Part shown: positions 38,719-47,654 of the stretch, piece after piece
How positions within the stretch are numbered: the first letter of the stretch is position 1
Layout: each line of letters begins with the position of its first letter
Assembly (NCBI GenBank): GCA_964416905.1
Contig: CAYQFL010000001.1
Span: 39,520-92,646, forward strand
Direction: 5' to 3'
Length of the DNA stretch: 53,127 nucleotides
Origin: an uncultured Methanosarcinales archaeon
Lineage (GTDB): Archaea; Nanobdellota; Nanobdellia; Woesearchaeales; JASKKU01
The notes under the pieces: model-generated
The model's database searches: none
What the model saw: the letters and a program-made list of their open reading frames with translations, nothing else
Told to the model about the DNA's origin: nothing
Translations under genes and position numbers: made by a program

Positions 38719-40545
38719 TTATTTAAGCACATAAACTACATCCCTGACAAAAACACCTAAGGAAACACCTAAAAGAAGGGCAAGGATATAAACATTCAGA
38801 TGGAATGTTTTTTGTTGATTTATAAACAAATCCATTTTTGATAATTCTATAGCATACTCTGAGAACAAGATTGCTAAAGAAACATCTCCCTGTTCAGCCA
38901 GTTGTTTAGCATAAGTGTAATAACTGTAAGCAACAATCGGGAAATAACCTTTAGCAGTTTGTTTCCTAATCTCAGTTAACGCTGCATCCAATTTCTTTGA
39001 TATAGTTTCATTAAACCTTTCGTTGTTAACAAACAGATAAGTGTTATAAACATTAATCGTTGCTCTGGTTTTAAGCGCTTCAAATAAGCACAGGTCATAC
39101 TTGCCTTGTTCGAAATAACTCTGAGGTGTTTCCAAATCGATAGATGCTATAGTTGATTGCGGCAGATAAAACTTAAGTAATTCTTTCATAGAGTTAAGTT
39201 CATGAATCCTGTCTAAACATTGCCTTTCGAGATAACTCTCGTCAAAATCCAGCTTATTTTTATCCAAAGAATAGAACTTCGACCACAACACTGCGCTATA
39301 AACCCTTTCAAAAGCATAAGCTAAGGAAAACATATTACTCTGATTGGATTCATAATTTTGCAACTCTTTCTTAGCTTCCTGTATTCTAGAATTAACTACG
39401 CCCTTGATCTGCAAATCTCCAAGAGTTTGAGCTTTTTGTTTTAAGAGATTTTGTTCAAAAAACATAATCTTATCTTCAACAAACTTTGCAATTGATTCAA
39501 CATCTTGAGGACTTTTGTCTTTAAAGAGCAAATAAGACAATCTAGGATTGGCACTAAAACAGAAACTTGCTGCAGCATAATAATTGCCGTTTTCTTTAGC
39601 TACAAGCGAATCGTTATAAAACTCAACAGCAAGCTCAAAATAATCCTTATTTTCATCAGCAACCTTCGATGAATTGACTTGTTCAAGCAAACTCCTTGTA
39701 CGTTCACACAATCTTTGGGAAACCTCTCTCATAACTTGCTCGTATTGATAATCCGATGCGTTTACGACATTTTCTTCGTCAAATCTTTTTCCTGTAAAGT
39801 ATTCAAGAGCATCATACAAACTAGTAAGTTCCACTACCTTTTTTCCGTGTTCTTTACCATACTTGACTAAATCAACCGTTTGATTGTTATGTTCTACAAT
39901 AGATTGACCAAAAGGTATTAGGATTGTATCTATATCTGTGCCAAAAGTGGATTGCACTTTTTCAAACAATCCAGCGACAGGACCTATTAAATAACCCGAG
40001 TTTATTGTTCCTGTGACTGTAACCTCGTCATCTATATCTAAATCCTTAAGTGCAGCCACTGTAAGAACTGCAATGGCCATGCTTGCGCTTGGCCCACTAA
40101 CCAAGAAACTGCTGGCATCAACTCGGTAAAAGAAATCATACTTTGAACAATCCTCACTTAAAAACTCGCAGGCTAAATGATTCGAGTACCTTATAGACGC
40201 CTGCAAATCCACACTACTCATCGGAGATGTATCAACAAAAACATTGCCATTACCATCTCTCAACCAAAGATAAATCTTTGCAGTACTGCCTCTGGCAAAC
40301 TCAGTGTTTGCTCCGCTAACAGCCAATGCATTTATTGAATAAACCTTTGAGTACCTTATAACTGAATGAAAGAAAATCGTTAAAAGAAGCATAAAAATCA
40401 AGAATTCTACAAGAATCACAATTAGTGAAGTTCTAGAGATTTTCTTTTCAGAGAATACATTAAAAGATAATTTGGGTATTAATTTCCTGAAAAAATTAGC
40501 ATTCTTTTTCTTTGATTTTTTATTCTGAGTTTTTTTGTTAACCAT
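38719..40545 (-). CDS. Membrane-anchored Lon-like (S16) Ser-Lys protease without AAA domain (COG1750-like)
   Basis: SGPSASMAIA (catalytic Ser), TGTINSGYLIGPVAGLFEK (catalytic Lys), N- and C-terminal TMs, helical C-half. Likely ATG at 40545. Confidence 0.85.
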   Translation of the reverse strand: MVNKKTQNKKSKKKNANFFRKLIPKLSFNVFSEKKISRTSLIVILVEFLIFMLLLTIFFHSVIRYSKVYSINALAVSGANTEFARGSTAKIYLWLRDGNGNVFVDTSPMSSVDLQASIRYSNHLACEFLSEDCSKYDFFYRVDASSFLVSGPSASMAIAVLTVAALKDLDIDDEVTVTGTINSGYLIGPVAGLFEKVQSTFGTDIDTILIPFGQSIVEHNNQTVDLVKYGKEHGKKVVELTSLYDALEYFTGKRFDEENVVNASDYQYEQVMREVSQRLCERTRSLLEQVNSSKVADENKDYFELAVEFYNDSLVAKENGNYYAAASFCFSANPRLSYLLFKDKSPQDVESIAKFVEDKIMFFEQNLLKQKAQTLGDLQIKGVVNSRIQEAKKELQNYESNQSNMFSLAYAFERVYSAVLWSKFYSLDKNKLDFDESYLERQCLDRIHELNSMKELLKFYLPQSTIASIDLETPQSYFEQGKYDLCLFEALKTRATINVYNTYLFVNNERFNETISKKLDAALTEIRKQTAKGYFPIVAYSYYTYAKQLAEQGDVSLAILFSEYAIELSKMDLFINQQKTFHLNVYILALLLGVSLGVFVRDVVYVLK

Positions 40546-40692
40546 CTTAAACACTAAACTGTATTGATGAAAACCTAAAGAGATAAACATAAAGCTGTTG
40601 TCACTCTTTAGATAACTCTGAGTTTTATAAAGTTATTTATTTGTAAGTTTTTATCTATTATCTTGTTTTATTAGTTTTGAACAAAAAAGGCA

Positions 40693-42294
40693 TCAGAAAT
40701 CGTTAAGTGATGATTGTTTATGGTTTCCTAGGTTGTTCTTAGATTCCCGCCTATTTCTATTAACAGGCTTTTTGCGCGGTTCGTGATTTTTTGGGTTTTT
40801 ATTAACTAACTCTTCATTCACTTCTACATTCAACTGCTCAAGAATCTTTAAAGTTAGTTTTTCTCCAAGCAAAGCTTTCAACTTTGAAAACCCTGCTTTC
40901 TTCACATCTCCAAGGTTCTTTATGCCTTTAGAATAAAGCAATCTGGCCCTCTGTTTACCTATGCCTTTTAATTGAAGCAAAGGTATTAATTCTTCTTTCG
41001 CCCCATACTTCAAACGAAGCCTTAATCTAAATAAGCTATTAATCAGCTTGTTTTTATTCAGGACTTTTGCCAATTCAATCAAAGCATAAATCAACCAGTC
41101 AACTAACTCAAGTTTGACCCTTAATTCTCCAGGCCTGATGTTGTATTTCTCTAACAAACTTTCTTCATCCATCTCGTTTATCCAGTCGTTTAGCAAAGCT
41201 GCAAATTTAACTGCTCTAAGGAAATCTTCAAAGTCATAATCAAATTCGGAAGGGACATCAAACAAGAAATCATCATAATTCTCTTGAATTAATGCAAAGA
41301 TATCCTCTATCTCGCGCTTGTAAACTGAAGGCAAAGGTCTTAATTCCAAAGATTTCGAGATTAAAACCAGCACAGGGAAAGCCTCAAACTTAGAAATGTT
41401 ATTTAACCCTTGGATAAAATCATAAGCGGTTAAAGGATCTAGATAGAGTTCAGCAACCCGCTTGCCTAAATCTGTGGCAGCATAGCTCCCGTCTTTTAAT
41501 ACCAAGAAGCTTTTTTCAATAAGTTCTTTCGCAATTTCTTGAATCATAAATTTAATCTTATCTAAGTCCTTAAATTGATAAGACCAGAACGTTTTAGCAA
41601 AAAAATCCATAAGCTCATTTTCTTTCCTGAAAAAGCCACCGGCAATTAATGATAGAACAAAAGTTCTAAGTATTGGTTCAACAGCGAGTTTGGAAAAGAT
41701 GTCCTCAGGAATACCTAAAATGTAATCATTAAGCACCTTTTCTCTTTCAGAATTGCTTGAAACAACAACAATTGCTTCACCAACATTATCATACTTTGGT
41801 CTTCCTGCTCTACCTGCCTGCTGCATGTATTCCATGACAGGGATATAAGATAACCTTCCTTTGGAGTATCTCTTTAAATCCCTAATAACAACACGGTAAG
41901 CGGGCAAATCAACCCCTGCAGCAAGAGTAGGTGTAGCCACAATTACTTTAATCAAACCTTTCCTGAAGCTGTTCTCAATAAGTTCTCTTTGTTCAGGCAA
42001 CAATCCCGAATGATGAAAAGCTACGCCTTGTTTAGTAGCTTCAGCTAAACGCAGACACTGAACAGTAGGTCTTTCAAGAACAGATTGTATTCTTTCTGAG
42101 ATTTTTTCAAGCTCTTCAAAAGATAGATTAAATATGCTCTTATTTTTATCTATGAACTTCGAGATATCTAACGCAACTTTCTCTGCACTTCTTTTAGCAT
42201 TAACAAAAATCAAAGCTTGTTTGTTCTTTTTCAGAGTGTCCACAATAATGTTTATGATCGTATCTCTAGACAAAGGGTCAACTTTCAAACTCAT
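40693..42294 (-). CDS. hel308: Hel308/Hjm (Ski2-like) helicase, C-terminal part only (RecA2, WH, ratchet, HhH)
   Basis: QALIFVN, GVAFHHSGL, VATPTLAAGVDLPA, QQAGRAGRP, KYGAKEELIPLLQLKGIG. No Walker A or DExH. In-frame TAA at 42319-42321. Confidence 0.85.
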   Translation of the reverse strand: MSLKVDPLSRDTIINIIVDTLKKNKQALIFVNAKRSAEKVALDISKFIDKNKSIFNLSFEELEKISERIQSVLERPTVQCLRLAEATKQGVAFHHSGLLPEQRELIENSFRKGLIKVIVATPTLAAGVDLPAYRVVIRDLKRYSKGRLSYIPVMEYMQQAGRAGRPKYDNVGEAIVVVSSNSEREKVLNDYILGIPEDIFSKLAVEPILRTFVLSLIAGGFFRKENELMDFFAKTFWSYQFKDLDKIKFMIQEIAKELIEKSFLVLKDGSYAATDLGKRVAELYLDPLTAYDFIQGLNNISKFEAFPVLVLISKSLELRPLPSVYKREIEDIFALIQENYDDFLFDVPSEFDYDFEDFLRAVKFAALLNDWINEMDEESLLEKYNIRPGELRVKLELVDWLIYALIELAKVLNKNKLINSLFRLRLRLKYGAKEELIPLLQLKGIGKQRARLLYSKGIKNLGDVKKAGFSKLKALLGEKLTLKILEQLNVEVNEELVNKNPKNHEPRKKPVNRNRRESKNNLGNHKQSSLNDF

Positions 42295-42343
42295 TAGAAA
42301 CAAGGAACTTGCTTTAAGTTAAAAAGATTTTGAGAAAACTCGC

Positions 42344-43123
42344 TTAATGAAATTCTTTAATAAGGTTATATGGGAAAACTCCTGAATTTCTAAGATTAGA
42401 ATCCATTAAAAAAAGATTAAATTTATTTTCCTCAAAAAACTTTCTCAATCTAAAAGCGTCATCAAAAAGTAAAACATTTTTATCAGATACAAAAAATCTC
42501 AAATGCTTTAATGTTGATTCCTCAGGCTTAACCTCAAAAAAATTGGATCTAGCTTTTATTTTTTTCACATTAAAGAAAGAAGCACTTTTGTCATTAAATA
42601 ATAAAGCATCCTTCAGAATAAGGTCAGGGTTCATAAACAAATATTTTTTATTATCAACAGACAATATCCTAAAAACATCAACCAAATCAAAATCCGGACA
42701 TCTTATACCAATAACCTTACTGAAAAACTTCCTCTTGGCAACTAAGCGTCTAAACAAGAAAGTTCCTGCGTCTGAGTTAACTTTTTCATTGAGTCCTATA
42801 AAAATTGTGTCCCCATAAACCAAGAAATTATTCGAATCTAAATAGATATAGTCGGGTAACTCCAGAAGAATATGCAACTTTAATTGCTTAACAAACCGTA
42901 CGAGAGCGTCTCTATGCTCAACTTCTTTCATATAACCGATTATTAGACCATACTTTGTAGTCAAGATGTGATCTTTAACTCCTTGAATGGTGTGGCTATC
43001 ATTATTCTTATCTAGAAAAAACACTTCCTGATTCAAACTTTTTAATGTTGCAATAAACGTTGATATCTTTGGATAAACGTTTGTATCAAAATCCGGAAAC
43101 TGATTAAAAACTACAAAAGCCAT
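42344..43123 (-). CDS. Degenerate amidinotransferase/pentein-fold protein
   Basis: LDSNNFLVYGDTIFIGLNEKVN resembles LEGGDxxxxGxxxxxGxSxRTN; FDLVDVF resembles HLD; no C-terminal GGxxC. Confidence 0.5.
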   Translation of the reverse strand: MAFVVFNQFPDFDTNVYPKISTFIATLKSLNQEVFFLDKNNDSHTIQGVKDHILTTKYGLIIGYMKEVEHRDALVRFVKQLKLHILLELPDYIYLDSNNFLVYGDTIFIGLNEKVNSDAGTFLFRRLVAKRKFFSKVIGIRCPDFDLVDVFRILSVDNKKYLFMNPDLILKDALLFNDKSASFFNVKKIKARSNFFEVKPEESTLKHLRFFVSDKNVLLFDDAFRLRKFFEENKFNLFLMDSNLRNSGVFPYNLIKEFH

Positions 43124-43177
43124 ATTTTGTTTCTAATCCAAAAACATTTATAAATTTATTTGTATATTAAAAGGAGC

Positions 43178-43906
43178 ATGAACAAAAATAAAACAAAAAA
43201 TACAAGAAACAAAGTTCTGCTTATCATAAACCTTAAAACTTATTTAGAAGGTTCTGGCAGGAATGCTGTTAAGCTCGCAAAAATTTGTGCTAAAATTCAA
43301 AAAGAATACAAAAATTGCGAGATAATGCTTGCAGCTCAAGCGGCAGACATTTTCAGGATAACAAAAGATTACAAAATAAAAGTGCTTGCGCAACATGTTG
43401 ATAATATTGACGCTGGAGCTCACACAGGCAAAGTTCTTATCCAAACTATTAAAGATAATGGCGCAGCTGGAACACTAATAAACCATTCTGAAAACCAGCT
43501 TAAACTAAAAGATATTGAAAATACAATTAAAAGATGTAAAGAAAACAAAATGTTCTCTGTAGTCTGCGCAACAAACGAAAGAATTGGAAAAGCAATAGCA
43601 ACATTAAATCCGGATGTAATTGCAATAGAACCACCAGAATTAATTGGAACAAAGAATTCTGTTTCTAAAACAAAACCTGAGCTTATCAAACAAAGTGTTA
43701 AGGCAATTAAAGAAACAAATCCGAACATAAAAGTGCTATGCGGAGCAGGAATAAACACTATGATGGATGTATATAAAGCTTTAGAGCTCGGTTCTGAAGG
43801 CATACTTGTAGCTTCTGCGATTGTAAAAGCCAAAGACCCTGAAAAAAAGATTAGACAATTCTGCGATGCTGTTAATAAATTTTTAAACAAAAAGAAAAAA
43901 TATTAA
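43178..43906 (+). CDS. tpiA: Triosephosphate isomerase, archaeal type
   Basis: IINLKTY, AQH, GAHTG, LINHSE, AIEPPELIG, LCGAGI, ILVASA. GGAG precedes ATG at 43178. Confidence 0.96.
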   Translation: MNKNKTKNTRNKVLLIINLKTYLEGSGRNAVKLAKICAKIQKEYKNCEIMLAAQAADIFRITKDYKIKVLAQHVDNIDAGAHTGKVLIQTIKDNGAAGTLINHSENQLKLKDIENTIKRCKENKMFSVVCATNERIGKAIATLNPDVIAIEPPELIGTKNSVSKTKPELIKQSVKAIKETNPNIKVLCGAGINTMMDVYKALELGSEGILVASAIVKAKDPEKKIRQFCDAVNKFLNKKKKY

Positions 43907-43940
43907 AATAAGCTCTTTTGTCTTTAAGTTAATAAATCAT

Positions 43941-44013
43941 GGAGGCGTGGCCCAGCGGCTACGGCGGTCGGCTGCAGACCGACTATTCCTGGGTTCAAGT
44001 CCCAGCGCCTCCT
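43941..44013 (+). tRNA. tRNA-Cys(GCA)
   Basis: GGAGGCG/CGCCTCC acceptor stem, GTCGG-CTGCAGA-CCGAC anticodon arm, U73 discriminator. Confidence 0.96.
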
Positions 44014-44024
44014 TTTTTCTTTTT
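44013..44024 (+). terminator. Oligo-T terminator after tRNA-Cys
   Basis: TTTTTTCTTTTT immediately 3' of the tRNA. Confidence 0.5.
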
Positions 44025-44027
44025 GAT

Positions 44028-46472
44028 TCATTTTGGTATGAAACCCGAGAGAGAACTCTGTTTTGAATCGTTGAGAATATCTTCCTCAGAGATACCAACA
44101 ACGTCTATAATAGTTTTAACTGCAGGAACTATTTGATTATTAATATAATATTGATGGTCATAATCCTTAACATTACATTCGTTCGGCAATCTAATTTTCT
44201 CAGCCAGTTTAGAACCATATTTTGAAACAATATAAGAAATAATCATGCCAGGATAAACATCTATGCCCTTTTGCACTAACCTTTCTGCCGCGACAACATG
44301 CGGTCCTTTAGATTCATAAAGGTCAAGGTTCTTTTTTAGTTGAGTCATTAAAATTAGTTTATCTAAAGCAACTTCGTGATTCTTAACCTTTTTAATCATA
44401 TCTTTAAGATAAGCTACAATCTTCTCTTTCGGTTCATTTCTTAATATCATCTGCAAGGTATTTTCTTGAATCTCTTTTGCAATAGGCGACCAATCTCGTC
44501 TAATTGTCTCGAAACCTTTAACTATGAGGTTACCATTTTCCTCCAACAAAGCGTATTTCTTTTTCGCGCCCGTTGAAGAATCTTTTGCCGAAACAAAAAT
44601 AGCTGATTTGTAGAATCCTTGCAATTCCAATTTCATTATACCAGGCAACTTCTTGTTTATCCCTTCAACAAGATTAAGCACTTTTTCTCTAGATTTACCT
44701 TTTATAGTAACAAATATGGAATCGGTATCTGAATAAAGAACCAAGTAACCTGCTTTTAGAAACCTATCAATAATCTGCTTAATGTACATCCGTCCAAAAG
44801 AGGTTATGCTCTTTGCGCATTCATAACAATACCACATTGATAAGGGATAACCTAAATAACCATAAATTGAATTTGCTACAGTTTTAAGCGCATACTGTCT
44901 TGCGTATAAAATATCTTTATCGGCATCCTTTGCCTTTTTCATTATCTCTTTTATGTTTGACCTACGTGTTATCAAGTCCTCTAAAATATAAGGAACAAAA
45001 CCTTTCTTCTCCTGACAGAACCAAACAGATTTATCCGGGGAATAAATCTTTTTTTTGCATTTAGCATTACATGTTTCTGGAGAGATGTTGTGAGATACAA
45101 TTATCGTTGGATACAGACTTTTGAAATCAAAAACAGCTATGTCTTCATAAAAACCAGGCTCAGGTTGATAAACAAAAGCGCCTTCATAAGTTCGACTATG
45201 CCTTTTAGCAATTTCTGACTCATCAGGCCTGTTTGGAGAAATCATGTTGTATTCTTTTTCTCTTTTAAGGAAATACGCTTCAACTAACGAAGAGTAATTA
45301 CTTCTACAAACAAAAAACACTGGTAAAGAAACTAGCTTTCCCAATTCATCCATAGTTGAAAACAATTTTTTCATCAATAAAAAACACAACTCTGAATCCC
45401 TGAGGTTATACTTAGCAAAAGCATCTAAGTCACTATTGTTTTCCCAGGAAGTAGATAAATTGTCGAGATTAACATCAACTTTCTCTTTTCCTAACAACTC
45501 TCTAGAAACCTCGTTTAAAGAATAGGATTCTACATTCAAAGAAGCCCTAAGCACACCTCTTACGAATCTGTAAACGTCAATATGAACAATTCCTTTTATC
45601 TTAGCTTGTTTAAGAGAGGAACCCGTTATAACTATTCCTGAACGGTCTACTCCAAAATCAAAATTTATGCCCAAAACTTTAGCTCTCTTATGTAAATAAG
45701 GCAAATCAAATCCATCTGAAAAGAATCCTACTAACAAGTCAGGATCAATCTCTTTAATATAATAATTGAATTTTCTAAGCATATCTTCTTCAGAATCAAG
45801 CACTTCAACGAAGTCAGCTTTAAACTCAACTTTTCTATGAGTTAGTACTTTCTTAAAGTTTTTGCCGTATAGTGAAATAAACAGAATTGGATTTTTCTGT
45901 GGATTTATTTCTCTATTCTCTGAGTAGGTTTCTATATCAACAGCTAAGGTTTTTGGTTCGTAAGGTTCAGAATCTTGAGACAGTTCGATTGATTTTAGAA
46001 GATAAACAGGAGTTCTATATTCCCTGAAGAAATCAAGCATTGTCTCTTCATCTATATCAACATTGTAATAAGAAAAAGTAACGAAATCATTATCAAACAA
46101 AAACCTCTTAACATAAGGTATGTTTGATTCATAACTGTGAACAAAACCCGGAAACTTTTGCTTAATTAATTCCTTGATTGGCTTAACACCTCTTGGAGAA
46201 TTTACATAAATCTTATAGAGATTCTTTTCTTCGTTAAGCAAAAGCTTTTTTTCTCTAATAGTATTAACAACATAAAAATCGTTAATGCTTATCCCTAAAA
46301 GCTCCTCTGGAGAGGGTTTCTTTTCATCTTCAAACTCAACATAAAAATAAGGCAAAAATTTAGAGTAAAGCAAAGTTACTTTCTTACCTTTAATTCTTCC
46401 GTAGAGCTCTAAATAAGTTTTGCCTTCAACAACTCTATAATTCAAGTCTATTAAAAAAAACCGCGATTTCAT
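44028..46472 (-). CDS. polB: Family B DNA polymerase
   Basis: ExoI VDIET, ExoII FSDGFDLPYL, ExoIII YNLRD; polymerase DFKSLYP, QYALKTVANSIYGY, YSDTDS, KKKYA. No intein. Confidence 0.96.
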   Translation of the reverse strand: MKSRFFLIDLNYRVVEGKTYLELYGRIKGKKVTLLYSKFLPYFYVEFEDEKKPSPEELLGISINDFYVVNTIREKKLLLNEEKNLYKIYVNSPRGVKPIKELIKQKFPGFVHSYESNIPYVKRFLFDNDFVTFSYYNVDIDEETMLDFFREYRTPVYLLKSIELSQDSEPYEPKTLAVDIETYSENREINPQKNPILFISLYGKNFKKVLTHRKVEFKADFVEVLDSEEDMLRKFNYYIKEIDPDLLVGFFSDGFDLPYLHKRAKVLGINFDFGVDRSGIVITGSSLKQAKIKGIVHIDVYRFVRGVLRASLNVESYSLNEVSRELLGKEKVDVNLDNLSTSWENNSDLDAFAKYNLRDSELCFLLMKKLFSTMDELGKLVSLPVFFVCRSNYSSLVEAYFLKREKEYNMISPNRPDESEIAKRHSRTYEGAFVYQPEPGFYEDIAVFDFKSLYPTIIVSHNISPETCNAKCKKKIYSPDKSVWFCQEKKGFVPYILEDLITRRSNIKEIMKKAKDADKDILYARQYALKTVANSIYGYLGYPLSMWYCYECAKSITSFGRMYIKQIIDRFLKAGYLVLYSDTDSIFVTIKGKSREKVLNLVEGINKKLPGIMKLELQGFYKSAIFVSAKDSSTGAKKKYALLEENGNLIVKGFETIRRDWSPIAKEIQENTLQMILRNEPKEKIVAYLKDMIKKVKNHEVALDKLILMTQLKKNLDLYESKGPHVVAAERLVQKGIDVYPGMIISYIVSKYGSKLAEKIRLPNECNVKDYDHQYYINNQIVPAVKTIIDVVGISEEDILNDSKQSSLSGFIPK

Positions 46473-46511
46473 TTTTATTATTAATATAAAACAAACTGAA
46501 GCTCAAAGACC

Positions 46512-47348
46512 TTAATCCAAAGACAAGTATTCTCTCTTAAGCAACAGAGCATCTTCTTCAATATTCGGACTTTCGTTAATTAATACACCTTTAACATCAA
46601 AAAGCTTCATTGCTTTAAGCAAGTCCTTGTAATTAAAATCTGACTCCAATAAAGGCAGATGATTCTTCTCACCTTTTTCAGAATATTGAATCCCTGAAAT
46701 GTGCATATGCATATCATGCAAAACGTCTTTACCAAGCTCCTGTTGAATTGTTTTAAACATCTCAACAAATTCTTCAAAAGTGTTGAATTTTCCATTATTC
46801 CTTGCATGGCAGTGAGCAAAATCAATGCAAGGCAGCACTAAATCGAGTTCCTTACTTAATCTTATCAACTCATTCAAATCGCCAAATTGTGTGGGTTTAC
46901 CAGTAAGCTCTGGCCTAACCTGAACCTTAATGTTGTTTTCCTTAAGTTCGGAAACAATTCTCTGTAATGCGAGTTTTACTTGTTCGTAAACTTTCTCTTT
47001 CGGATCCTTCATATAATACGCTGCATGGAAAGTTATAGAATGTCCGCCGCACAAATACAGCTTATATGCTGTGTCTAAAATTCTTTTAATACTCGCTTCA
47101 ACTTTTTCAGGTTCTCTGGAATTCAAGTTGATATAATAAGGTGCGTGAGCCGTAAGCTTAAGCCCTAGCTTCTTAGCAACATGATTAACTTCTTTAGCAA
47201 GATCATCACTCATTCGAACTCCTCTAACAAACTCGATCTCCATGCCATCTAAGCCCAATTCTTTCAATCGATACAATCCATTTATAATTCCAGGTTTAGA
47301 ACTTAAAGGAACCCCTGCAGTAAAAAAGTTGAGTCTATCAAAGAGCAT
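46512..47348 (-). CDS. nfo: Endonuclease IV (AP endonuclease family 2)
   Basis: LTAHAPYYINLNS, TFHAAYY, RPELTGK, CIDFAHCHAR, HMHISGI, NESP. Confidence 0.92.
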   Translation of the reverse strand: MLFDRLNFFTAGVPLSSKPGIINGLYRLKELGLDGMEIEFVRGVRMSDDLAKEVNHVAKKLGLKLTAHAPYYINLNSREPEKVEASIKRILDTAYKLYLCGGHSITFHAAYYMKDPKEKVYEQVKLALQRIVSELKENNIKVQVRPELTGKPTQFGDLNELIRLSKELDLVLPCIDFAHCHARNNGKFNTFEEFVEMFKTIQQELGKDVLHDMHMHISGIQYSEKGEKNHLPLLESDFNYKDLLKAMKLFDVKGVLINESPNIEEDALLLKREYLSLD

Positions 47349-47457
47349 AGTCTTAAGAAAGTAGTTTTTGTATTTAATACTTTTCTTAATTTCACAATTA
47401 AAGCAACTTGGAGAATCAGTAAAATTTAAAAAGAAATATTCAAAACCTTATCATTAC

Positions 47458-47564
47458 GCCGAGGTCGCATAGCCTGGTCAGTGCGGAGGATTGCTAATCC
47501 TCTGTCCTTTGGACACGGGGGTTCAAAACGCTCAACAAGGGGTGTGAAAATCCCCCCCTCGGCG
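47458..47564 (+). tRNA. tRNA-Ser(GCT) with non-canonical 23-nt intron in the T-loop (59/60; 47528..47550)
   Basis: GCCGAGG/CCTCGGC acceptor stem, GAGGA-TTGCTAA-TCCTC, long variable arm TGTCC-TTT-GGACA, G73. Insert forms a strict BHB. Mature length 84 nt. Confidence 0.93.
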
Positions 47565-47654
47565 TACCCGTCTTTTTCTCAGAAAACGAGCAGGATAAAA
47601 ACTAAAGAATGCAATAAAAAAGCTTTTAAAAAAAGCTGAAAACCTAAACATATT

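Noticed and set aside
42344-43123. Upstream ORF as the missing or frameshifted Hel308 N-terminus
   Set aside because: Its translation has no Q motif, Walker A or DExH, and it ends with its own stop.
43420-43890. 156-aa antisense ORF opposite tpiA, and the other short nested or antisense ORFs in the track
   Set aside because: All lie within well-supported genes on another frame or strand and lack RBS or motif support.
43939-44136. 65-aa ORF
   Set aside because: Runs through tRNA-Cys and into the end of polB.
23893-46472. Inteins in nrdJ, rfcS or polB
   Set aside because: Lengths are normal and conserved motifs are contiguous; no intein splice-junction or LAGLIDADG signatures seen.
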